Shown: positions 25,954-38,975 of the stretch, in pieces
How positions within the stretch are numbered: the stretch's first letter is position 1
Layout: every line of letters begins with the position of its first letter
Assembly (NCBI GenBank): GCA_047495785.1
Contig: JBLDXI010000030.1
Coordinates: forward strand, 1 to 64,000
DNA: 64,000 nucleotides
Reading direction: 5' to 3'
From: Lepidodermella squamata
Lineage: Eukaryota > Animalia > Gastrotricha
Position numbers and translations under genes: made by a program
Notes under the pieces: generated by a model
Seen by the model: the letters and a program-made list of their open reading frames with translations, nothing else
Database searches by the model: none
Told to the model about the DNA's origin: nothing

Positions 25954-26375
25954 TCAAAAACTAGCGATGTACGTAGCGATTATCAGAGAAAGGCATAAAC
26001 CAAGGTTGAATACTGTCTTTGCAGCGCTGTTGCAAAGATCAGTGTTACAGAAGCAAGCGTCGACCTTGACGCCCCCGGCCAGGTCAAGAAACTGGCAGCC
26101 AGGCAATTGGGTGATGCCGTTATCCTCGGCCTCCTGTGTCGTGATGCAAGTCTTCGATGTGAACGAATCAGCACCCTCGCCCGAGACAATGGCCTTCGCG
26201 CACCAATCTGTGCAGCTGGTGCTCTCTTTGTAATCACCGTTCATTCCAACGTAGCATTTCAACGCATCTAAAGATAGTGATTGAATTGCAGAAAATTATA
26301 ATGAAATTCCCTTAAATTACTTGAAATAGCGATGAATGACGCCAACGTAAGAATCAAGTGCAAAACTCGGGCCAT
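25954..26375 (-). CDS. Ly6/three-finger protein
   Basis: Exon 1 MARVLHLILTLASFIAIS|gtaatt; exon 2 LKCYVG..CTDWC..CFCNTDLCN + tail. Confidence 0.9.
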
Positions 26376-26552
26376 TTTAGCTTTTGCTAGAGACAAAACT
26401 GTAATATGAGCGATTTCACTACGTTATCGCCGTGGTTAAACTCGGCTAGAGATAGCAAACGAAGGTACAGCAGTTATTATAATATATCATTGCACTCGTG
26501 GCTTTCGTAAATTGACAACTCGCAACTTGAAAGTCGCCTAGCTCTCTTTTAT

Positions 26553-26967
26553 TTAGCGCAATGCGATGCCATACCGTGAATTTAAAACCATAGCTAATAA
26601 GGTCAATAAAATCAGGCAAAAATGCGATGTAATAAAGTTGTTCGCTTGGTTACAGAAGTCGCCTGTATCACAGTAGCAAATGCTTCCTTTCGCGTTTCTA
26701 TACGGCAAATCAGTGCAGATGTTGCTAACATTTAGGCTTGGATCACGTTCCAGGCATTTCAGCTGGACAAACCGGACGTAGAGGTAGCTAAGCTTAGCCG
26801 TTGAACACAAGTCACATCCTGCAGTTTCGTAGTATGGGCCGAGACCTTGCCAACACTTGATAGCCCCTGCAGATGAAGTAATAAATTTGGGTAATGAACT
26901 ACATGGGCAACTAACCTGATCCTGTGACTAGCAATAAGGTCAATGCAATTTCCCTGAGTATTGCCAT
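26553..26967 (-). CDS. Ly6/three-finger protein
   Basis: Exon 1 MAILREIALTLLLVTGS|gttag; exon 2 AIKCWQG..CDLC..CYCDTGDFCN + tail. Confidence 0.88.
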
Positions 26968-27249
26968 TAACGAAAACGTGAACATTCTATTCGTGATAAC
27001 GAGCATTATAGGACCTACTCGGGTAGATAACAGAAAACTAAGATAAGAATGTGCTTATACATCCTTAGATTGCGCTTATGGAGTATTCAACCTCGGTATA
27101 TGCCTTTCTCTGCTGTCAGCTCTTTCACTTCTGAAAATAATTTTGTCTCAAAGAAGGACGGCAATGGAGGGTTTAGAAATTCAGAAAAGGCAACTTTGAC
27201 TTTGTACCAGCCTCAATTTTTATTTATTGTCAGGGGTTATGATAGTTAG

Positions 27250-27646
27250 GGAAAACATCCGGACATGCTTCTGCATAATGGCATATAAAACAACGCCCAA
27301 AGGTTCAGAGATATGGCCAGATTCAATCGCAGGATAGGAAGCCGGGTTGCAAAAATCGCCAGTGTCACAAAAGCAAGCTACAATCGGCATTCCGTTGACA
27401 ACATCACAGCCGGTTGGTCAGTCGGTTGACACTGTTTGTTTACGTAGTCACCGCCTTTGCGCACCATTTACAACCATCTGTAGCGCTGAAGGTACCTACC
27501 CCGTCTTCTGTGGTCCCAATGTAGCACTTGATCGCATCTGGGTAAGGAGCGTTTGAGTGTTAACAAGAAGGAAACAGAAATTCAAACTCACACGACGTTG
27601 CAAATAAAGCGCTCAAAGCGAGCGTAAAAGCGTTGAATTTAGCCAT
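27250..27646 (-). pseudogene. Ly6/three-finger pseudogene
   Basis: Signal exon MAKFNAFTLALSALFATS, then IKCYIG..CKWCAKAVTT followed by in-frame TAA; CFCDTGDFCN lies in another frame behind a TGA. Confidence 0.75.
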
Positions 27647-28276
27647 TTCAATAACTTTTCGTTATGCTTAGAGGTATCTGCACCCAGGGCGACTGTTTAA
27701 GACCAATTTATAGGGGAATTCCCACGCGAACTGATAAAGGATCACTGCATGACGATTTATAGGACGGCTTTTTGTCAGTTCGACCCTGTCAACTAGTGAT
27801 TTGTATCATATTTTTAAAGTACTGCCAGGCCAAAATATGTCCTGCTTTGTCCTGATAAGCCATAAGCGTTAGCATTATTCTTGTCATTTCATCCGTCGGT
27901 TCTGTTATCGTTTTCTAACCTCGCCAGCTTATTGTCGTTATCACGTCCGCAATTAGGTCCGTTCGGGTAGTACCGTCCACCTAAAAGTGCATAGTCGCTG
28001 AGCTAATTCCACACTCATAATAAAAGTGAAAATCAAACTTTGAATGTCGTATTTTAGCGAATGTTGACTTTAAAACAATTGACTTGGTCTGGCCTATTAG
28101 GTCATTCCTAATGAGGAATCAATTTGCAATTGATAAAAACAGAACATAGCTTTGAGTGCTTCCGCTGTTTGCACAATCCTACATAAAACATAAAAGTGCA
28201 CGAAGAACTTGTTTCGAAAATAACCTCATGCCTGATACTTATATCGTAGTCGCCGATTGTTCCGACGTCATGTACA

Positions 28277-29471
28277 ATGTACAAGTTAATTTTCCTAATA
28301 GCAGCCTATCTTGCATCGGCAGCAGCTGAGAATCGTACTACTTATCTGCCACACGGAGAGCGGCTAAAGCGACATTTCTCTAGGCAATGCGGCATTCACA
28401 GTACTGCACGTCCCGTTTTGGAGGGCAACGAAACTATGGACATTTCTTTCATGTTCAACCCACTGAGGCTGAAAGAAGTGAACGAACCGCAAGAGACAAT
28501 CGACATTTTTATAAGTATGGTACTGGCATACCGACACCCTTGCGTGAAATGGAATCCAAAAAATTGGGGGTGGACCCCGCAATTCTCAGTTCGGCAAATC
28601 GACACTTGGTTCCCCTCAATCAACCTGCTGAATGGGAACGCTGCTGTTTCTCTTCAAGAGACTTTCCCAGAAACGGCTGGCGTTGTTTTCAAACAAGATG
28701 GCCAGGTCAAACTATCAACAGCGGTCAGCTTTTCAACCATCTGCTTGCTTGAGTATGTTGGATCCAGTTTAATTTTATCAACTTATTTTGCTTGCTTTCA
28801 GTCTAGTCAAATTCCCGTTCGACTACCAGAAGTGTTCGGTCGTTCTCGAATCGTACGAAAACAATGGCATCGAGCGGTTGGACATACTAACGTCAGGCTC
28901 GGGTATAACTGACACGATAGAATCGCCATTCATCTCTCCGACATCGGTTTGGTCTCTAGTTGGTTTCAGCATGAATCGATCATCAGTAAAATACGCCACC
29001 ATGAGCGGCAAGCTGTTTGATCGAGTGTTCTTTCAAATCGAAATACGACGGAAGCCCGACGCCTATTTAGTCAACATATTCTACCCATGCCTCTCCCTCT
29101 CAGCCTTGCTTTTCGGATCTGGGTTCATCGCGCCCCATTCGCCTGATAGATCGATGTTTTGCATCACCCTGTTACTCGCTTTCTCAGTCCTTCAGACAAG
29201 CATTACTGAGATGATCCCGCGATCGAGCGTCATTCCGTACGCATTAGTGTTTGTTATGACTCAACTTTCAGCTGGAGTCACGCTAACTTTTTACTGCCTA
29301 ATTACTAATTGCTTGGCTATGCGACCTCGATTCCAGCGGCATGTTTTGCAGGAAACGAAATATTTGCCTGGCGTTACTCTGATTCGACTGATCGATGCTT
29401 TTTTCTACGGATCCTGTGGAGTACTACTCTTGATTACAGACATTTACCTACTCGCACAAATGAGGATTTAA
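28277..29471 (+). CDS. Minimal pLGIC subunit C (2 exons)
   Basis: ARPV, YRHPC, WFPSINLLN, spliced CLLDLVKFPFDYQKC, M2 DRSMFCITLLL, 4 TM. Confidence 0.88.
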
Positions 29472-30270
29472 TTTTAATCTCCAATTTTGCGAACTTCTAC
29501 CTAATTCTTAGATTCACAATGCCAATTTCAAGCCAACTTTGACTTTGACGTGAGCAGCAATATTAGCTCTCCTTAATCACTTTGTAACTGCGAAGATTGT
29601 CCATCAGATCAGAGATCAGGCCAAGGTAGGTACATAAGAGTGAATTCCATTCCGATCGTCCATGATCCATAACCTTGTTTTCCCCTTTTTTCTGATATGT
29701 TAACGAACGGAATGAAGACGATGTAAAATGCAATGTGATTAAAGACTTTTTAGTGATATTCGGCCCAATGCGGATGCTAAAAACAATATCTAGTGGGCTT
29801 TTGAAGAATTTGATGTCGGCGGTTTCAGATAAAACCCTCCCATAAGCTGCTGGCTGCTGGCAACAAAAGTCATTGGTATAAATCGTCGTGATACTAACTA
29901 TCAATACATTCACTTTTCGACACAATCCATCTGCAAACGTAGGAGTTTAGGTGCAATCGCCCGAATCAGACAATGGTGATAATGACTAAGCATCAAAGCG
30001 ACCAATAGCAAGTGCTGTTGTTTCATATTCATGCTACATTCACGGAAAAACGGAAAGTCCGGTGTACAGTATTAGCGGTGGTCCATGTGATAATTAGGCG
30101 ATGATTAAGCATCTAGTCATCATACAAGTTATAATTAGAGCATTACAGCACTCTTATCTCTGTCCGGGCTCATTCTCGCATGCGATAAGAGTTAAGATTT
30201 AAAGGACAAGCTCGGGCCTCGGTCAGTGTATCATCAAATACTCGTTGAAAAATTACCAACCGAAAACAAA

Positions 30271-30672
30271 ATGCGCATCTTCATAGCCTTGCTTGCATTC
30301 GCCACTGTGATCGCCGTTTCCTGTAAGTTTTCAATTTTCAATTGATGGATTACAATTGAATGAATTCCTGCAGCGGCTCTTCGATGCTACGTCGGAACAG
30401 TCACGGACGGAGTAGGCACGTACAAGAATGCAACAGGTTGCGCATGGTGTGGTAAATCGTACACCGAGAATAGCGGCCACAGCATAACTCAGAAAACATG
30501 CTTGCCGAACACACCCGGCGCTATTAACACGTGCACGACAGTCACTGTTTTCAAAATTCCGGTAAAAACATGCGTGTGCAACGACCGCGATTACTGCAAC
30601 AGCGCCCGGCGAGGAACCGCCAGCTCAGCACTCGCTGTTGTGTTCCTCGCAGCGACCTTCATCGCTTTATAG
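30271..30672 (+). CDS. Ly6/three-finger protein (CYVGTV subfamily; absent from ORF track)
   Basis: MRIFIALLAFATVIAVS|gtaagt..cag|ALRCYVGTV..CAWC..CVCNDRDYCN..ALAVVFLAATFIAL*. Confidence 0.9.
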
Positions 30673-31786
30673 ACCCAGCTTCAGTATTGATACTCCTCCT
30701 TCTGACCTATGATTTGCGCTTATAACAGCATGTAAAATCGGTATTGCGGCATAATAACTGCCTTTGATTGACCATACATTTTACTGTATTATATTGCGCG
30801 CGCTAACATTTATGCTATTATGCGCGCGAATGCCACAATACGCACGTTCTGTTTTATATAAACAAGCATAAACCAGCAACACAGCAACGCTTATTAGCTT
30901 AATTGCCAGAAATTATTTTTTTCTTTTTGTTGGAGCGGATAAAGTGGGGAAAATGTCAAATCTGTGAAACGTTAAAACTGCAGTTTTAATTCTGTTATAA
31001 TAGTCACCACCGACGAAAAGGGGAAACAATACTGGAAAAAGCGGCTAATGTAGACAACCCGTTAATATACTGACATTCTAGCCAATTAAAGTAGTAAGAA
31101 AATAAAACCAAATTCAATAAAATCTCGAGAAATCTATTGAGATACAGCCTGAAAACCGAAAATTACAATGAGATACTAGTCACTCATCATTGTATCAGAT
31201 AGATCTCCTCAGTAGAGTGTCATCTGGGATGCCGGTGGATGAAACAAGTTTGTTTGCAGTTTTTACCGAAAGCAAGCGAAAAGCGAGGAAATTTTAAAGA
31301 ATTTACACTAACTCTGATCACTCCGTCCTCTATAAACCTTGGACCTGTTTTCTATCTGGAACATGCAATAAAAGTTGCGCTTTAAACCTTTTTCACATTT
31401 CCCTTAGCTCATCTTGGACTAAGCTTGGAATTAATATTAAATGTTTGGAACCATGCTGATGTTGTAACGTGGTATACAATTTCTTGCATTCAAGAAATCT
31501 GAAAGACTGGTATCAAGACAGGGGAAAATCGAGGAGGCTGGGTTGCAATTTTAACTTTTAGGTAGTCTCAAGATGTTCTGCATCATCCACCGCGAAAATT
31601 GGAAATAAGTTTCAAGTTTGAATTTTCTCGTCAAAATCTTGATTTAGAGAAAATGAAAATGATAAAATGATCTCTCCACGCTGGTATTCCTGTTTAGTTT
31701 TTCAGCGATTTTGAAGGAGACTATTGGCGATATTTTACTAAAAGTTGTCAGTTATCGTCTTCAAACCAACGAGCGCGCTTAGGATA

Positions 31787-31978
31787 CTGTATTTTTTCGA
31801 ATAAGGGCCGCGGCGAATATTTTCCTGATTTTTCGAAAAATGCCTAAAAACGCGGCGATTATTCGGGTGCGGTCTTTAATCGGGTGCGGCCTTTATTTCG
31901 CTAAGTTTTCCGGTAAAGCTACAATTTTGCAGCGATTAATCGGGTGACGGGGTGCGGCCCTTATTCGAAAAAATACGG
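31787..31978. mobile_element. pogo/Tigger-like MITE nested in the 4.5-kb element
   Basis: TA|CTGTATTTTTTCGAATAAGGGCCGC ... GCGGCCCTTATTCGAAAAAATACGG|TA. Confidence 0.8.
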
Positions 31979-34099
31979 TAAATGGTTTACTGATCGCACC
32001 AACTTGGCTTAAAAAGACAAAAATTATTGGCTGAACATTGATGAATTTCACGGAATAAATTAGATATTATTAGGATTCAGCGAAAAATTCAGGTGATTGT
32101 GTGCATATTTGCGCACGTTAATCTTCCAAAATGAAGAAGAAATGCGATAGAAAAGTTTAACTGTGTGAGTGCGCGCGCCTAAGAACAGCCCGCGTGCTCT
32201 CAAATCTGCGCGCTGCAATTCTAAGGTGTAGTAAATGCGCGAGGTTGTGCGCGCAGCTGAAAAGCCCACACAAACACACAGGCGTGCGCACTAACAAACA
32301 TATTTTTTCCCGCAATTTGTTCCCCATTTCATTTGTGGTCGCGCTAAAACATGCAACCTAGCTATACCTTTCACGTTGAATCCGAATATCTAATTTATTT
32401 TGTGAAATAAGTCTTGATTTTCTTTCATTATGAAGGTTAGAATTTCCCCCAATTTCAAACATTCTATGGCCTTGAATCTTGAATATATCAGTATATTTTT
32501 GTCTAGTGCCAGTTCTATAGGTAGGGAAGACACAGCGGCAATTAACAATTCTTTTAGCTTTTGAATCTTTCATTTCGGATACAGCTTTTTGCAAAACTTC
32601 AAGCGACTGCAAAGTGAATTTGACGGAAGCTGACCTATGTTTTCGATAACCAACCCTGTTTCCTGCAAACCAATTCCTCTACAACGCGGATTAATCAGCG
32701 GATAAATCAGTCCGCTAGCAAGTCCGCGCACCGTCATTCGTTTCTTGCATGCTGTAAGCTTGCTGTTGGACTCGGGAGAGCCATTTGTAGCAGTCAATTA
32801 TTATAAAACATGAATGTTCACCTCGCAGTTTGTTACTGGCAACTATATTATATATTAAATGGGACGCTAATGCAGTGCACCGCAAACTTTTTCACCCCTG
32901 GCATTTTTGGCGGCCGGAAAGCCTTGCTTCAGCCGCAGTAACAAACAGGCCCTTCTCCGGCCGCACAGGCATTGACAATTCCCTTTCATCGGCCGCAAAT
33001 TTAGTTTTTAGCTGCAAGCCACTTTTTTACGTGACGAATTTTCTTCCGCAAGAGTTCTATGCGCTTAGTGAAGGCAGTTAATTAACAGAGGCCTTAGAAG
33101 CAAACTTCAACTACCTAAACCGACGATTTGCAACAACTTGAGTCAACAAAAACGACTCCTTCCTAAGCGATCCTAATAGCTCAGCACAGCTCTGACCCGC
33201 GAATGATAACTCCGCATTGCTCCCGCGGTCTTTAATTTAATTCACGCAATTTGTTTTGCCGTTTCGCTTTACTAATTGAACTAAGATGAGGAAAAGTGCT
33301 CAATACTTGCGAATTGGACCCAGGAAACCAGAGGCTGCTTTTATTCGCGAGCAAATCGAGCTTGGACTAACGGTATTTCACAGGAATATTTGCTGAAAAT
33401 AGTCTAGAATAGGCTGATTTTCGCGTCATGATCGAAGGAAACGGGGTAACCAGCCGCATTCCAGCCACCATTCGATAAAATCTTCCCGGCCCTAAAAACC
33501 GGGTTTGAGGAGCACTGCGCTAATATAATTCGCGAATGGGCTTGGATTTGAATAATTGTGGGAAGCGCTTCTACACTCGCATCGCAAGCAAGGATGCTCA
33601 ATAGAATTTAAAAGAATTCGTAGTAATTCTCAATTCTCTCATCAATGGTTTTGTCTAAATTGAAAATGATGGGAAAACGCGATAAAAACCGCAACGCCGC
33701 CTTATAACATGGATACATACGCAGCCATCAGCAAAACTCGCGTGGTTTTCTCCTATTATATCAGACGTAAGGTACGTATTATAGGTACGCTGTGTTGCAC
33801 ACATACGAGTTCTACCATATCGCGTTTATCGTGAAATTCGAGTATTAGCCAATTTGGCGCGTTTTTCATCAAATATCTTTTTAAATACGAGGGTTATGTA
33901 TTTATTTTTTTCAGAATTCTGAATGGTTAGGGTCTGTTTCAACTGGTTGAGAAAAAACTGCTGCGTTTCACTGGTTGGTTTTTTCTTGAAACGAGATTTT
34001 GTAGGAAAATTTTTGGCCAGATTTGCGGGGTTTTCAATTATTATATTTTTAATTTCGAGGATTATATATTTATTTTCTTCATAATTTTGAATCGTTGGG

Positions 34100-35000
34100 G
34101 CCTGGTTCAACTGGTTTACAAAGAATTTCTAGATTTTACAGGCTGGAATTTTCTTAAAGCGAGAGTTTATACGAAAATTTTGACTCCACGCGATGTTCGA
34201 ATTCGTCTTTCAGCCGCTAAATTATAACTATTTCATATTTGAATGAAAATTCACTCTATTGAAAAGGTGACAGGCACTGAAGAGAACAATCGACGAGAAA
34301 ATGACATGGTTTTAACCTATGGTTCATGTTATCCTGAGAATTAAGACGGCAAGGTGAGATTTTCAGTATTCAAATTGGAATCGGTGTAGCTAAGTGATTT
34401 CGTGGATGACTACTACATTTTTCCACTGAATATCAGTGACAAGGACCTGTCAAATGAAACTAAGGGTTGATCATTAACAATTGCTGGCTAAATTCTTCCG
34501 AATGAACAGAAAATGCCGTCGAATGTGTAAAAATTTCTCCTGTTTTATAGAATTATGTGGCGATTGTATATAATCTAGCCACAAGAATTTCTTTATAACC
34601 CAACATAATCAATCGTCTAGCCCTCGACTTCGATTCTAAGTGGAAAAATTGCATAATCATCCACGAAATTAACATATTACACCGATTTAAAAGTAATTAC
34701 TGACAAACTTGAATTTCAATCATTTTCTGAGGAGGAGAACAGGTCATCGATTGGAACTATGTCATCTCAGCGTTAATTGGTCCATTCAGTGCCACTTATC
34801 CTTTCAACATGAGTGAACTTTCATCCTAAGATGAAATACTAATTAATTAGCTGCTCAAAGACGGATGCGAGCATCAAGCCAAGTCAGGTTTTCCCTCAAA
34901 AAACTGGTTTTCTGAAAAAACCAGCCAGCAGAAAATGAGCGAATCTCAGGCCGACTTTTAATGAAGGGCTATGGCATACGATGGTCTGATAAAATACCAG
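34100..35000. repeat. Long degenerate palindrome (foldback), centre ~34565; ends approximate
   Basis: Blocks at ~34230-34290 and ~34379-34430 have diverged inverted counterparts at ~34776-34838 and ~34638-34688. Confidence 0.6.
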
Positions 35001-35248
35001 CATCATCCACGAAAATCTAAAAAGATTTCAATAAAACTAAACCAAATTCGTTAGGGCTCGAAGTAAAAAAGTGGTACGGTAGTACTCTTATGTGTGCGTA
35101 GTATATTCATAAACAGAACGCGCGCTTTGGCGCAGCGCATAATAGCATTAATGTTAGCGCGCGCCATATAATACAATAAAATGTATGGTCAATCAAAGGC
35201 AGTTATTATGCCGCAATACCGAAATGTAATAAAAATGGTTTCACAGTT

Positions 35249-35408
35249 CGTTCACGTCGCGGAAGAACTCGCACTTCGATGTTTTTTTCTGATTACTGTA
35301 CAGTCGAGTACGGTTGACTGGCTGTATTTTTCTATTATTCTTAAACTTACTGTACTCGGTGTACAGTCGGACTTTTTCCGAAGTGCGAGTTCTTCCGCGA
35401 CGTGAACG
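35249..35408. mobile_element. 160-bp MITE with 4-bp TSD AGTT
   Basis: Perfect 30-bp TIR CGTTCACGTCGCGGAAGAACTCGCACTTCG; agtt on both flanks. Confidence 0.8.
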
Positions 35409-35741
35409 AGTTAACGGATTAACCTTTTCTTACCGCTACCCTTAATTCGGGGGGGAACAAGGTTAATCAACCGTGACCTTGATCCCGGGATTACCAGAAA
35501 ATTCCAGGACAATGTCTGGCAACAGCCATTTGCTCGCTCCTCTGTCGAGTGTTATAAAATGCGGAAAAGAACAGTTTCAAATCCTAAACTTGTTAACATG
35601 GATAACAGCTGATAAGCTTACCTTAAGCACGTGGGAATATGTAGTGGGCAGGTAAGTTGTGGGAAAATGTGAAAAACATGCCGCCAATATTCGGCACTTT
35701 TTTATTTCGCTGAAATAACAATTTTCCACTGTCATAATCTC

Positions 35742-36161
35742 ATGTCTAGCTTTGTTCTCTATGCAGCTGTTTTTGCGGCGATCATTGCATGTGCCGGTTA
35801 GTTAAGAAATAATGTGTTTTCAAAAAAATTAATTACAGTTTGGTTTATAGCTGGAATCGAGTGCTATATTGGTAGGACAACAAGTGAAACGGACACTCCC
35901 TTGTACTTGGGAGACTGCAAGTCTTGCAGCAAGCAGAAGACAACAACCGACGGCGAAGTGTCTATCATCAAAACATGCAACACGGCCGATATGGGGGAAG
36001 GCTGCAAATCAAAGACTGCTGGAAGTACCGAGACCATCTCGTGCTCATGCAACTCTAAAGATCTGTGCAACTCAGGGCTTAAAGTCTCCGGCGGCCATTT
36101 CTTCATCACAGCTGTTGCAATGGGCGTCGCTGGTTTCTACGCTCATTGGATTCCATCTTAA
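35742..36161 (+). CDS. Ly6/three-finger protein (GIKCY/NSKDLCN subfamily)
   Basis: MSSFVLYAAVFAAIIACA|gttag..ag|GIECYIG..CKSC..CSCNSKDLCN + tail. Confidence 0.9.
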
Positions 36162-36334
36162 TTTGTTCAAGAGCTTGCATCTAGGTCTGATATTGAAATG
36201 TCACTAACTATACTACTAACCAGCCATGCTGGTTAAAACTGAAAATTGAAAGATATTCCATTTTTTATTGTTCAAATTGCAATTCAAGCAGAAATACCAG
36301 ATATCAGATTGGCTGAATAATACTTATTCTGGGT

Positions 36335-36748
36335 TTATAGAGCGTAAACGGCAGCTGCGAGGGAAGTGACGGCAAGTGCCGAGATAGCAGCTGAGCGGTG
36401 GGCACTGTTGCAAAAACCACGGTCATTGCACATGCATTGCCGCGCCGAAATCCCGGCAACAGTGACAGTCCGGCACATGTTAGTAGCACCTCTGCTAAGT
36501 TTCTTTGGAAGGCAATGCTTCTGAGTTAATTCGTCGCCGTCAAAGTCGGCGTAGAACACTTTGACGCACCACGCGCAACCTGTCGCATTACTGGCGTATG
36601 TGGCCTTTCCGTTGACAATTTGTCCAACGTGGCAACTGAGAGCGGCTGCAGGAAGGCATTCAGTAATTATCTATTTATTCAGCGTTGAAAAATTACATGT
36701 ATAGCCGATGACTGAGGCGAATACAATTGAGGCAGTGAAGGTGCGCAT
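36335..36748 (-). CDS. Ly6/three-finger protein (CYVGTV subfamily)
   Basis: MRTFTASIVFASVIGYT|gtaatt..LSCHVG..CAWC..CMCNDRGFCN + tail. Confidence 0.88.
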
Positions 36749-37492
36749 CTGTCTGTCTTTGGGGAACTGTGAAAAAAGTGGAATATCTGCTGCATCGATC
36801 AAGCTGGTCTCCTTAAAGCCTCGAGCTTATCACATGAGAGAATTTTTCAGAGCCCAGACTGATAAGAAAATTGTTTTGTAATTATACTTGTTATCAATTT
36901 GGTAGTTCATTGTTATTCATTGTTTCAATATACATCTTCAATCAGCACAAACACCTAGCACTAGGCTCACCGCGTTTATTTCGCCTTCCCCGAGTGTTGC
37001 ATGAATTTGCTAAACCGGCGCCTGCTATTGGTTGGTTTCAGCCGTAACCATTGTTTGCAGTCAGACAGTTACACCTACTTCCCTCAAAATTACAGAACGA
37101 CAAACATAGAAACAAGGCATTTTGTACCATTTCACGCCAACACTCCAAAATGAATTTCTGGGAATACCCAGAAGTGATGTCTCATTTTGAGAGATTATTT
37201 TGAGGTTATTTGAGAGGTTTTGAGAGGTCGTTTTTCAGTGTCAAATTCCTAGTCGTATTCCCAGCTTTTCGCTCGCACGATTTGTTACAATTCACCTAGG
37301 ATTTGTTTTCGAGCTAGGCTTCCATCAAAAACCAAGCGATTTCTCTAGATTGCTTTGGGGAAATATTTTAAATTTGATCAGTATTTCCTGTACAACCTGT
37401 ACTATTACCACTCAATACAAAATAAATAATAATTCGTAGCGTGTATTGGCAAAATTTTCATAATTCAGGCCCTTTATTATCTTATTATTCTC

Positions 37493-38809
37493 TCAATCAT
37501 GTTTGTTACTGTCAGACAAAAATTGCGATAGCTCTTTGTTCTGATAGGCCAGGGCTAGTTTTTTCTTCGTCAGCTCATTCGTAGCTTTCGGCAGTAGAAA
37601 CGTCACGTGATATCCGCTCTCTTTCCCACCAGATTGGTTCTTCACTATCGGCTTAACGAGATGCCGCTTCCGCTTTCTTTTCTCACTGCGTTTCTTTTCA
37701 GCATTAGCTTCTTTCGCCAGCTTATCGTGGTAGTCTTTCAACGCAGTGTCTGCTGCTAGTTTTTCAAGGGCTGCGAATTCACGAAGCACGTCTAGGGTAG
37801 ATCCATTGCAGTGGACATAGGATTGCTTCAGCGACCGTATTTGATCGACGAGAATTTCATTATTGTCATGGCTCAAATACCAGAAGGGCAGATTTCCGTC
37901 ATTTTGTAAAAACTCTTCCATATTACTCGGCGGAAATGTTGGTGATATAGGTGACCGGTAGACATTGATATCTCGCCCAGCGTTGACGCGGTAGTGCGAG
38001 GTTAGCTCTTCGTGCTCAACGAGGTCATTTTTCGTCATGGGAGGTGGTAACCACACGGCAGGGATCGCTCCGGGGGTTGGAGGTCTGAAAGGCCGCTGCC
38101 CTCGATCAACTGCTTGCAGCAATTTTCGCAGGTCGTTAATCTGTTTTTGCTGCACAGCTTCGGTCTCTAACATTTCCCTAGTCAGTAAAACCTGAGTTGG
38201 ATCGACGTAGGGGCTGATTTTCGGTAAACTGGGTGAATGAGAAGCTGATACAACTTTGCTAGGCGGGGGTGTCCCAGGCGGCCGAACTCGTCTCGGCAGC
38301 GACTGGTGGAGGAAAGCTTCTTCTTCTCCGTTAGTTCTAGCGATTTCAAGTTTAGCTTTCGCAATAGGATCGAGGATTCCAAATTTATCCATATCGTTGA
38401 GGACTTTCATTTTGGCCTCAGCCAACTCAACGCCGCGATCTCGCATTTCGGCACGCCGAACCTTCAACATTTTTCAATTTCAGTAATAACTTGATAATTA
38501 AAATTTTACCTCGTGGAGTTGGGTCAAATCCTCGATTTCTTTGTCACGCATTCCTAGGAATCTGTTCAGGTTTACTGAAGGCAATGTATCACTCGGAGGT
38601 GGGACAAATTTCTTGAACTGCGTGTGGTGTTTGAAGCTTTCTTCATAAGATAAGCTAGGCGGAGTTGGCGGCCGAATTCGGGGCTTCAGATTACCGGGGC
38701 AAAGGCGATCCTGATGGAGCCGGAGTTGGGCGTAGGTCTTGAAAGACATGAAACAGTCGTTGCATAGCATGGGATGCGTCAGACTTCGAGCGGTTTCAGT
38801 CCCAGCCAT
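37493..38809 (-). CDS. CCDC17-like protein (N-terminal Zn-finger-like motif + coiled coil), 2 exons
   Basis: CNDCFMSF..L..H..LC and QIRSLKQSY..G..VL recall the N-terminal half of CCDC17 (from memory, not searched); intron ~38462-38509. Confidence 0.5.
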
Positions 38810-38975
38810 TGCAGCTGATTGCTGAATCTAGAATATCAAAGTGTAAATGGGAATTATTTGTACTGAAGGTTTTCGTCGCAGACTTCACAACCATTCACGC
38901 TCTTTTGAAAGGAAATGTGCGCTGAAAATGGAGTTGAATACACGCCTATTCAATGCATCTGCGCCATTCATTTAT

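Larger units (their letters stand above)
30739..35221. mobile_element. 4.5-kb TIR element, 4-bp TSD AAAT (Sola1-type target pattern), no intact transposase seen
   Basis: ~100-bp TIR starting CGGTATTGCGGCATAATAACTGCCTTTGATTGACCATACATTTTA at both ends; aaat at 30735-30738 and 35222-35225. Confidence 0.8.

Noticed and set aside
29563-29925. 120-aa ORF
   Set aside because: Non-ATG start, no motif, no paralogue in the window
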